Shown here: in pieces, positions 19,052 through 27,411 of the stretch
Position numbering within the stretch: position 1 is the stretch's first letter
How the letters are laid out: each line of letters begins with the position of its first letter
DNA from: Candidatus Poribacteria bacterium
GTDB lineage: Bacteria > Poribacteria > WGA-4E > WGA-3G
Reading direction: 5' to 3'
Length of the DNA stretch: 64,000 nucleotides
Assembly (NCBI GenBank): GCA_965205015.1
Contig: OZ242029.1
Location: forward strand, 3,456,001 to 3,520,000
Position numbers and translations under genes: made by a program
The notes under the pieces: model-generated
Seen by the model: only the letters and a program-made list of their open reading frames with translations
What the model was told of the DNA's origin: nothing
Databases searched by the model: none

Positions 19052-22000
19052 GCTGATTCACCGCCAGTTCGAGAAGTGAATTGACATCCAGGTCATAGTC
19101 CCTAAATTCCTGTTGAATTACCCGTGCGATAGCGTTCTGTACCTGCCGCTTCTTGCGTCTGTTACCGCGCCAGTCGTCCTGTTTCGTTCTGCGGATAGCG
19201 GTATCTATTGCGAGTGCCGCCGCTTCCCTACGGTCTTCAGGAAGCGTGTCTAAGTTGTCAAACAGAGCGTGTAATGCGCCGGTATTGATATTGGCGGGAT
19301 AGCGATCTGGGTTTTCGTGTTCTGCTATCCGCCCACTGAGTCCTTCGATTTCGGATAGATATTCACGATAATCCAAAGCCCCGCGTCGGCGTTGGCGAAT
19401 GATGTCATCGAGGAGATGTGAGATCTCCTCGTAATACCTCGGATTGACCTCCGACCTGTCAACGATAAGCCGACGGACGTTGTTTTCGATGGTTGATGCT
19501 CTTGCGATTTCGTTGGTGCGAATGCCCTCCGGTAGCAGATTCAGTGCTTCGGCACCGTTTTGAACAATCAGTTCCACTAAGGGAATATCGCCGAGCGTTG
19601 AAAGGATTTCGCTCTCCTCAGCTCGGATGTATGTATCAATGAGATGCCGCATATCAGGTTCATAGGCTTTCAGATCAACGTAATCGCCGCTGGCAAGTTT
19701 GATCTCTCGGCTGACGTTTTCGTAGTGCGTCACCTCTTCCTTAATCTCCCGTGCCGCATCGGCACTGTAACCCGCCTCGCGCATATCGTTGGCGAGATTG
19801 GCATAAGCACGCACAAAGGCTGCTGTGAATTTATAGAGTTTCTCGCGTTTCGGCTCATTTGCTTTGAGTTGTTCGAGATTCCCAGCTTCTTCACCACAGA
19901 AGAAACGGATGTAATCGGCGGTGTCGTGTGGTGGTGCCACGGGTTCGCACAGTGCTTTAACCGCCTCACGCGTTTCCTCTAAACGTTCTCGCCCTTTTTC
20001 GAGTCTATCCTTCAATAATCCTTGGACATCTTCTGCATCGAAATTTTCAAAGGCTTCGCCGGTGTAGTCGGTAATAGCTTGCTCCAGAGACCGGAATAGG
20101 TCTTGATAATCGACGATGTAGCCGAATTCCTTGTCCTCACCGTCGAGACGGTTGACCCTACAGATCGCTTGGAAAAGCCCGTGATCTTGCATATTCTTGT
20201 CGATATAGAGATAGGTCGCGGGAGGCGCGTCGAAACCCGTAAGGAGCTTATCCACAACGATGAGGAGTTTCATCTCGTCTGGCTTTTCAATGAAACTTTT
20301 CTTCACCTCCTGTTCAAACCGATCGGCTTTGGACATTGCAGTGTTTGCGGGTTCGTCAAAGTGTTCCGCGAGCATCTCGCGATAGGTATAATACTCTGTC
20401 TGTCTATCTGTCATCCCTTCTCCGGTTTCTTCCCGTGCGACATCATCGGCGGAAGGTCTATAGGAAGTTACAATAGCACATTTCCCTTTTAAGGGTGTTT
20501 CCTGAAACATCTGAAAAAATCGGCAGGCGGAAAAGATACTATCGGCGACGAGCATAGCGTTGCCGCGTCCGCTTTTAAGTCTGTCTCGATTTTCCATATC
20601 AAGGACAATATCGGCGACGATTTTACCCAACCGCTCCCGCGAACTGAGAACATTCTGCAACGTGCTCCAACGCTGTCGGAGCTGCGCCCTTGCTGTATCG
20701 GTGAGTCCACTGGTTCTATCGTCAAACCATTGATCGATCTCTTCCTGAGAGGAGAGGGTTTGGTTAATGTCGCGCGCCTCATACCGCAGATCTAACACGA
20801 CACTGTCTTCAACGGCTTTGTCATACGTATAGGTATGGATGTAGGGACCGAAGGTTTCAATGCTCCGTTTCTTGTCGCTTTTCAACAGGGGGGTGCCTGT
20901 GAAACCGATCAACATGGCATTTGGCAGGAGCGTCTTCATCGCGCTGTGGAGTTTTCCTGACTGCGTGCGGTGGCATTCGTCGACAAAGACGAAGAATTCA
21001 CCCTTCGCTTGGAAACCGTCCGATAGATGTTGCTGAAGGTCGTCAAGATAGTCGTCATAATCGTCAGTATCGCTATCTTCATCTTCTCTTTCATCCGATC
21101 TGCCGAACTTGTGGACGAGTGAACAGATTAACCGCTCCGCAGGATTCGTGAGGACCTGCAGGAGATGTGCTCCGCTCTGTGTCCGCCGAATGTCCTCGTT
21201 GACACCCCTAAAAACACCTTCAATTTGTTCGTCGAGTTCGGTGCGGTCAGTGATAATGAGCACACGCCCATTAGGGATGGTTTCGAGGATTGATTTTGCG
21301 AGCCAGACCATTGTAAGGCTCTTACCGCTGCCTTGGGTGTGCCAGATGATACCGCCTTCTCTACGTTTCACACGTTCTTGCGCGGCTTCCACACCGAAGA
21401 ATTGGTTGTGTCGGCAAATCTTCTTGGTTCCGGCATCGAAGACGATGAAGTTGTGCAGGATGTCAAGCAATCGGGTTTTGTTGCAGACTTGACTGAGTTC
21501 TCGGAGCAGGAAATTATCGCCTACCTCGGGATGGGCATCTGTTTCCTTCCATCGTAACCAGTGTTTCTCTGGTGTTTTGATAACGCCGTAGTGTAGTCCT
21601 TGGGTTTCACTGCCTGCCATGACGAGCTGCACAGTGCTAAAAAACCATTCGATGAAATCCTCGCGTTGGTTGGTAAGGTTCTGGCGGATGCCTTCGGAAA
21701 CGGAGACGATGGAACGTTTGAGTTCGAGGACACCGATGGCGATACCGTTGATGTATAGCACTAAATCAGGGCGTTTGTTGCCGTCCTCGCCTTTGAGAGT
21801 TACCTCTTCAGCGATACCGAAATCGTTATTGAACGGATGCTCCCAGTCAATGAGCTTAACGGCGATCCGGTGCTCACCCGTGCTGGGTTGGACGTTCACA
21901 CCGTAGCGCAGGAGTTCATAGACCTCTCGGTTTGCTTCATAGAGTTTTCTACTACCACCGAGTGCCGCCGCCTTCTCCAGTTCATACAGCACTTTGGTGA

Positions 22001-22175
22001 TGATGGGGTCGTCGTGCCCGCTGCTGCTCAACCAATCGGTAAGCAACTCTTTCTCAATATTGCTATTATCCTGACGTCCTTGCCAGTTGCGGAGGTAGGT
22101 ATACCCCAACGTCTTCTGGAAGAATGTGACGACACGTTCTTGGGTGCGTATTTCCCTGTCACCAACGGTACTCAT
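19041..22175 (-). CDS. hsdR: Type I restriction enzyme subunit R
   Basis: Nuclease RPDLVLYINGIAIGVLELK, Walker A HTQGSGKS, DECHR, FTGTP, LLTGFDAP, QAICRVNR. Confidence 0.97.
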   Translation of the reverse strand: MSTVGDREIRTQERVVTFFQKTLGYTYLRNWQGRQDNSNIEKELLTDWLSSSGHDDPIITKVLYELEKAAALGGSRKLYEANREVYELLRYGVNVQPSTGEHRIAVKLIDWEHPFNNDFGIAEEVTLKGEDGNKRPDLVLYINGIAIGVLELKRSIVSVSEGIRQNLTNQREDFIEWFFSTVQLVMAGSETQGLHYGVIKTPEKHWLRWKETDAHPEVGDNFLLRELSQVCNKTRLLDILHNFIVFDAGTKKICRHNQFFGVEAAQERVKRREGGIIWHTQGSGKSLTMVWLAKSILETIPNGRVLIITDRTELDEQIEGVFRGVNEDIRRTQSGAHLLQVLTNPAERLICSLVHKFGRSDEREDEDSDTDDYDDYLDDLQQHLSDGFQAKGEFFVFVDECHRTQSGKLHSAMKTLLPNAMLIGFTGTPLLKSDKKRSIETFGPYIHTYTYDKAVEDSVVLDLRYEARDINQTLSSQEEIDQWFDDRTSGLTDTARAQLRQRWSTLQNVLSSRERLGKIVADIVLDMENRDRLKSGRGNAMLVADSIFSACRFFQMFQETPLKGKCAIVTSYRPSADDVAREETGEGMTDRQTEYYTYREMLAEHFDEPANTAMSKADRFEQEVKKSFIEKPDEMKLLIVVDKLLTGFDAPPATYLYIDKNMQDHGLFQAICRVNRLDGEDKEFGYIVDYQDLFRSLEQAITDYTGEAFENFDAEDVQGLLKDRLEKGRERLEETREAVKALCEPVAPPHDTADYIRFFCGEEAGNLEQLKANEPKREKLYKFTAAFVRAYANLANDMREAGYSADAAREIKEEVTHYENVSREIKLASGDYVDLKAYEPDMRHLIDTYIRAEESEILSTLGDIPLVELIVQNGAEALNLLPEGIRTNEIARASTIENNVRRLIVDRSEVNPRYYEEISHLLDDIIRQRRRGALDYREYLSEIEGLSGRIAEHENPDRYPANINTGALHALFDNLDTLPEDRREAAALAIDTAIRRTKQDDWRGNRRKKRQVQNAIARVIQQEFRDYDLDVNSLLELAVNQREY

Positions 22176-22193
22176 ATCACTATTCCCTTAGGA

Positions 22194-23747
22194 TTACTCC
22201 CGCCACTGTCTTAAAATGCCCTGCAGCTCATCCGCAAGGGGTCGAATGTCACTCTCTCTTTGATTCGCCTCTAAGCGAGCAACGATCCGGCAGATCTCCG
22301 ATGCCTCTCTACGTAAGTTTTCGGAGAGGCTCCGAAATTTGTTTTTGGCGATCTCTGAAGGCGAATCGGATGCTGAGCTGTATATGGCATCCAGCTGCTG
22401 AATCAAGTTAGACAGACCTGCACGCGTGTTTCCGAGTCGTCCGATTTCTACGTCAGGGATGTATTTTAACCGATCCCACACCCAACTTTCGGGGGATCCA
22501 TTACCGGGGAGAAATAGTATGGACACAGTGCTTTTTGCAGCATCTTGTATTTTAAGCGAGATTTCGCCATCTCTCTGGTCACCATCAAGAATGAAAACAG
22601 TATTTTGAATCTGACCGAATTTTCTTAAAGTCTCAGCATGCATTGGAAATTGACTTGCCCCTGTGTCACGTCCAATGCGGATCGCTTCCCTGTTCATTCC
22701 CTCTTCTGGGAGTAGAAAGTCAAATATACCCTCCAAGATACCTTCAGCGATGTCATCTTCACAGAGTAGTTTGAGCATCTCACTGGAGCGTCCGTAGAGT
22801 GCATTCTGAATTAAGTCGCGATATGCCGGGCGGACCACAACTTCACCTGACGTGTCGGATCGATCAAGAAAAATCCTACCATTGAGCGGCACTGAGTCGA
22901 GAACGACTGGACTATGGGAGGTTACAATAATTTGGAGGTCGTTGCGAAGGGCAAGTTGCTGTAGATGCAACATGAGTAGTTGCTGCACCCAAGGATGCAG
23001 TCCAGCTTCCACTTCGTCAATTAGAACGAGTGCCCCGTCGAGTTGCGTGATCTCTTTTGACAACCGCAAGATCGCACGTTCCCCAGCTGCCATGTGTAGT
23101 TCTGAGTAAGCCGCCCCCCCTTCTTGGGCGGCAAAGAGCAGATTTTTGTTACCACTTGATAAATCAACGACCTCCGAATATCTAAAAGGGAGCATCTGAT
23201 GTGCAAACTCAATCTGTGATGCCGTTAGAGGTGTTTCTTCCGGTGGTTCAGATTTCAGACGTGACAGGCTGAGCACACCACGCACCTCCGATGGGTTCCT
23301 CAGATTGCTGAGCGTTCTGAGATAGACCGGCCGCTCAGGTTGACTGGCGTTTTGACGACCGAAGAAACTCCGATTCCACCCTTTGGTGCGTCGCCATCGC
23401 ATGGAGGCCTCACCTTCTGGAGTCTGGTAATAGAACTCCATTGTGACCGTTTGCTGCATATCTTGGTGCCTCCCAAGTTTAGGGCGATAATCAGGAAAGA
23501 GTGTGGACGGAACGAATTCCTTAACCCCCGCACCCGGCACCTTATAAGCGCATGCTGTGGCAAAAAGGATCGTTGACTTGCCAGTAGTATTTCCACCTGC
23601 GATTACACTTACCGGATAATCAAATGGGACTCTTAAGTTATTGAATCCACGGATACCATCTAAGCGGATTGCCGATAGAAAATGTGATAGATGCGGTTTT
23701 TTGCCTTGTAAATTTCTCCCAAGTTCTTCTAAGCGTCTCTCAATCAT
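22194..23747 (-). CDS. ABC-type ATPase fused to a TOPRIM-like C-terminal domain (OLD-like architecture)
   Basis: Walker A GGNTTGKST, signature-like MAAGE, Walker B LIDEVEAGLHP, H-loop TSHS. C-terminal LCEDD and ILDGD acidic motifs. Confidence 0.8.
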   Translation of the reverse strand: MIERRLEELGRNLQGKKPHLSHFLSAIRLDGIRGFNNLRVPFDYPVSVIAGGNTTGKSTILFATACAYKVPGAGVKEFVPSTLFPDYRPKLGRHQDMQQTVTMEFYYQTPEGEASMRWRRTKGWNRSFFGRQNASQPERPVYLRTLSNLRNPSEVRGVLSLSRLKSEPPEETPLTASQIEFAHQMLPFRYSEVVDLSSGNKNLLFAAQEGGAAYSELHMAAGERAILRLSKEITQLDGALVLIDEVEAGLHPWVQQLLMLHLQQLALRNDLQIIVTSHSPVVLDSVPLNGRIFLDRSDTSGEVVVRPAYRDLIQNALYGRSSEMLKLLCEDDIAEGILEGIFDFLLPEEGMNREAIRIGRDTGASQFPMHAETLRKFGQIQNTVFILDGDQRDGEISLKIQDAAKSTVSILFLPGNGSPESWVWDRLKYIPDVEIGRLGNTRAGLSNLIQQLDAIYSSASDSPSEIAKNKFRSLSENLRREASEICRIVARLEANQRESDIRPLADELQGILRQWRE

Positions 23748-23841
23748 AAGTTATCCCCTTCGTGCAAGTGCCTTTCTTTTCTTTAATCCTGGACATATTA
23801 CCGTCTCGATCTCAACCAGAAGTTACGACTCTGGCTGTATC

Positions 23842-25359
23842 TTAATCCACTTTTTCTGATTTCAGACGCGTCAAGGCAGTCTTCCCTTTATGCGTCAGGC
23901 GGTATTTCTGTAGGCGACTATTGGGTTTATCTGGCAGTGTATATTCAATCATCTGATCAGCCAAGAGTGTCCGCACAACCTTATTCAGTGGTCCAGAGAT
24001 TGCCCTTTGCCCTAAGTTTCTGGACAATTCGGATTTTTGCATTGGCCCCTTGGTAAGTAAGTTTAGTACTCTCGACTTGAGTTCTCTGGGCTGTGACTCT
24101 GGCTGTGACTCTGGCTGTGACTCTGGCTGCCCCGTAATCTGCTTCGGAGGCGTGGCACGCCAGATCGTTATCTTGAATCCGCTGCTGTCAGTGAATTCCG
24201 GTTCGCGTAAGTTAACATCCTTACATCGACGGATCATGTCTAATGTCCCTGTCCCCATCTCTTCAATGTATTGAGTGAGGTATAAGGACCGAGCAAGCAA
24301 CCGGTTGTTGGGCACCGATGGATGCGTGTCTCGCAACTGTTCCAGAGTCAAGGAGGGTGGCAATCTACCAGGATTCAATATCTCAAGCCGATCCGAGAAC
24401 AGCATCACTTGGACGCTGGCATTACTGGTATAGTCTCGATGTGCTACGGCATTGACGATCGCCTCCCTTACAACTTCTTTTGGGATTTCATAGGCGATAG
24501 GGGCTTGCACGCTTTCTGCGCGTGTGCCTACCGACAGTGCGATCTTGCTAAGCACAAAATCCACGGCTTGATCGACGAGTTGAAATGCTGTGCCTTTGTA
24601 GACTTGATAGGATGGGATGGGCTTCGCGACCTCTGTTCCGTGAAAGTGGGCACATTTAACCTCCGAGGAAATTAGAAACCGCTGTGGGACTTTCCCAAAT
24701 ACCAGCACTGCCGCGTTCGTGGGGCGTCCATCGTTTAGCAGATTGAGATGAACCAATAACTCTTCGGTTGATGCCCTTTCAGTTAACGGAAACTCCCTGG
24801 CACTCCGTGCCGTTCGGATAAACCAGCCTATCTGCTCGGGGTCGAGATCGTCCAGCGATGCTTTTGAACAGGGTGCCGCATCAAAAGGTTCAGAACGGAC
24901 GAGGTCTTGATTGTCTAAGTATTCGACTAACGCTGCGTAGAGTGCCGTTATTAACTCTTCCGACGTGTTGAAACGTTTTCGGATGAGTCCAGCTTGTGCT
25001 TTACGGATGAGTGTCTGCATCTTCGAATGCCGATCATTATCATCCGTTCCTTTCACGAAAATCAGCCGGTGTATACCGGAAGCGGTTGCCTGATCGAACT
25101 CCCGTTCTGTCGGTGATATACCGTCTGTATCTTCCCATCCGTAGTCGTTACCGAACAATCCTATATAGACATCCGACTGCTTAACCTCATCCAGATAGAG
25201 GTCATCCGGACGGCGATCTGATGCTGGAACATCTTCAAACAGAAAAACATCAAAAAACCTTCGCATCAAGGGATCGTCGCGCAGATAGTCGCGTAGTGCT
25301 GCACGTTCTTGTGCGAATTCTCTTTGGACGCTGCTGATAAAAATACGGATAGGGTTCAT
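23842..25359 (-). CDS. DUF4062 + HATPase_c_4-like + winged-HTH protein
   Basis: N-terminal RIFISSVQREFAQER...YLDEVKQSDVYIGLFG..YG (DUF4062). Central REAIVNAVAHRDY...F.DRLEILNPG...GTG. C-terminal KPNSRLQKYRLT. Confidence 0.82.
   Translation of the reverse strand: MNPIRIFISSVQREFAQERAALRDYLRDDPLMRRFFDVFLFEDVPASDRRPDDLYLDEVKQSDVYIGLFGNDYGWEDTDGISPTEREFDQATASGIHRLIFVKGTDDNDRHSKMQTLIRKAQAGLIRKRFNTSEELITALYAALVEYLDNQDLVRSEPFDAAPCSKASLDDLDPEQIGWFIRTARSAREFPLTERASTEELLVHLNLLNDGRPTNAAVLVFGKVPQRFLISSEVKCAHFHGTEVAKPIPSYQVYKGTAFQLVDQAVDFVLSKIALSVGTRAESVQAPIAYEIPKEVVREAIVNAVAHRDYTSNASVQVMLFSDRLEILNPGRLPPSLTLEQLRDTHPSVPNNRLLARSLYLTQYIEEMGTGTLDMIRRCKDVNLREPEFTDSSGFKITIWRATPPKQITGQPESQPESQPESQPRELKSRVLNLLTKGPMQKSELSRNLGQRAISGPLNKVVRTLLADQMIEYTLPDKPNSRLQKYRLTHKGKTALTRLKSEKVD
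24085..24129. repeat. In-frame 12-bp tandem repeat encoding a QPES linker
   Basis: (CTGGCTGTGACT)x~3 on the plus strand, translated GQPESQPESQPESQP. Confidence 0.8.
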
Positions 25360-25442
25360 TGTTCAGTTCTTACCTTCTGGTATAACGCGAGTTCGACTTA
25401 TGATGGATTATGAATGTAAGTGGACATTCGAGATTAATTGAC

Positions 25443-26068
25443 ATAGCACTCCGCTGGAGTGCAGCTGAATGACACTCAATATTCTATAGACATGTTGCTC
25501 CGCTGGAGCAAGGAGACCGATTTTTGAGCCTCCACTTTCAAATCTTGCACGTATATTAGGACTTACACATTTCCTCTTAAAGTCCCCCTGATAAGGAGGA
25601 TTTAGGGGGTTAGATAAGATGAAATAACGAGTTTTGAGCGAAATATATTCTTTTTTGTTCAATTTGCGAAAGTCCTGTATGTGTTCATACGTCCGTTTCA
25701 GTGCTCCCTCCTCACGTCGAATGAAGATTAAGAATTTAATCAGGTAATTTCTCAACGTGCGATAAATCGCACTACTACGAGCCGACCCGTTTGTAGTAGG
25801 GCAATTCATTGCCCGTCAATTACCCAATTTATTTGTTAAACTTCATAAGGCGTGATATGTCTATAGAAAAATATATTGCGAACCACCGCACTCCCGGGGG
25901 ATGCCATACGGAGAACCTTCATACCGTTGATTCCGGCGTGCCATGTCTACAAGATGTTTTATCAGTATAGAATTCCATTGATTTCCCAAGGTATCCTCTT
26001 TGCTCCAGCGGAGCAACATGTCTATAGAAAAATGTCCCGAAAGATGCCGCACTCCAGCGGAGTGCTAT
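25443..26068. repeat. Nested repeat cluster: ~70-bp inverted arms enclosing two MITE-like elements
   Basis: Left arm atagcactccgctggagtgc..ctatagacatgttgctccgctggagcaa is inverted at about 26000-26068. Inside are taggactt..aagtcctg (25557-25677, flanked by TAT) and atgaag..cttcat (25721-25846). Confidence 0.7.
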
Positions 26069-26157
26069 ATCTGTAGAATTGGCTGCGGACGCCAAGGTAT
26101 CCTATAAAGTCTGGTTCAGGAAAAGACGCGACAGACACCAAGCATCCCCAATCCGCG

Positions 26158-27411
26158 TTAATCCGTATCATCCGTGCAAATCCGCGATTCAGACAACCGC
26201 ACCCGTCCGGTGAGGAGTTGCTGCATCATCCCTTGCTTGATGGCACGCGTCTTGTCCCGACGCTGCTCCAATGCGGCAATCTCAGCATCCATATCGGAGA
26301 GGACGGAGGCGATGGCGGTCTGTTCGTCAAGTAGAGGAACTTCAAAAACCAAATTACTAAACGTAGATTTTGAAACAATGTTTGTTGCGGTAATCCCTGC
26401 ATTTGCTAAAAGAAAGTTTGCGTTGAATTCAAAAAGATAATACAAAAATTCTGCGTTATACGCGGCGTTTGGAATTACAGCGTTAATTTGTTGATTGCAG
26501 CTGCCTTTAGTCTTAAGTATTGCGTTCTTTCCAATACTTGCTATACACGTAACCAACACAGTATTCGGCGGTAGCGTTCTTATTGCTTTCAAACCTTCTT
26601 GTGTAATCATCCTTTCGGAAACAGTCATATCTCGTTCAGAGGTGATGTCAGTAGGTGTAATCCATGGATATGGTCCATCCCAAAAAGCGTTAACTTTAGT
26701 ACTTGGAGTAGCACCAGTAACTATATCTCCGAATTCTGATACTCGCTTCGTCTCCCACGCCCCGCTAAACCCGGGCAGGCGCGTCCTACCCGTCAGCAGT
26801 TGCTGCATAGTGGCTTGTTTAATCGCCTGCTTCTTCGCGATGAGTGCCTCCAAGGCATCGATCAACCCATCCACATCGGACAACGTTTCAGCGATGGCGC
26901 GTTGTTCGTCAATATCTTGTGGAATGGCCACAACGAATTTGGCAATCCGTCCGAGTGCTAATTTCGGTTGTGCACCGGTGGTTTGTATTAACTTTATTGT
27001 ATTTTGTATTGGGTGTGACATCAGCCAATATTTCAAATAGTCCCGGTCACACTGTAGGTCTGTAATATAATTGGCGTTCTCAGTGAGATTTGCTCCACTA
27101 AGTTCAGGTGGAACAACACCGACAATTCCTAATGAGCCAGCGACACTGATGAAGATATCTTCGCTGTAGATGCGATAATTTTGAATCACTGGAAATGCCT
27201 GTTCTGGCACGTACTTAATATCCGATTGATTTACCCCGCCAGGATGCATATCTACAACCCGCAGATACGGATAGGGTGTGGGTGTGTCAACAACATAAAA
27301 GCCAGATGGTAGTCTTTTACCTCCTTTGACTTTAGCTATATCACCGACATAAACCTGATTCCAGTCATCCGGAACCTGCAACTTCTGAGATTGAGCCATA
27401 GTTTCTTTCAT
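26158..27411 (-). CDS. hsdS: Type I R-M specificity subunit
   Basis: Two TRDs, each followed by a conserved EQ.AIA..LSD.D..I.ALE....K..AIKQ..MQQLLTGR.RL helix. Confidence 0.95.
   Translation of the reverse strand: MKETMAQSQKLQVPDDWNQVYVGDIAKVKGGKRLPSGFYVVDTPTPYPYLRVVDMHPGGVNQSDIKYVPEQAFPVIQNYRIYSEDIFISVAGSLGIVGVVPPELSGANLTENANYITDLQCDRDYLKYWLMSHPIQNTIKLIQTTGAQPKLALGRIAKFVVAIPQDIDEQRAIAETLSDVDGLIDALEALIAKKQAIKQATMQQLLTGRTRLPGFSGAWETKRVSEFGDIVTGATPSTKVNAFWDGPYPWITPTDITSERDMTVSERMITQEGLKAIRTLPPNTVLVTCIASIGKNAILKTKGSCNQQINAVIPNAAYNAEFLYYLFEFNANFLLANAGITATNIVSKSTFSNLVFEVPLLDEQTAIASVLSDMDAEIAALEQRRDKTRAIKQGMMQQLLTGRVRLSESRICTDDTD

Noticed and set aside
22194-23747. Gabija, retron or PARIS system call
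   Set aside because: No UvrD helicase (GajB), reverse transcriptase, msr/msd or separate AriB gene is adjacent. Only the domain architecture can be stated.
25408-26076. ORFs of 133, 63 and 66 aa, or a silent hsdS shufflon cassette
   Set aside because: The ORFs are translations of repeat elements. No TRD or HsdS conserved-helix sequence and no recombinase is present.
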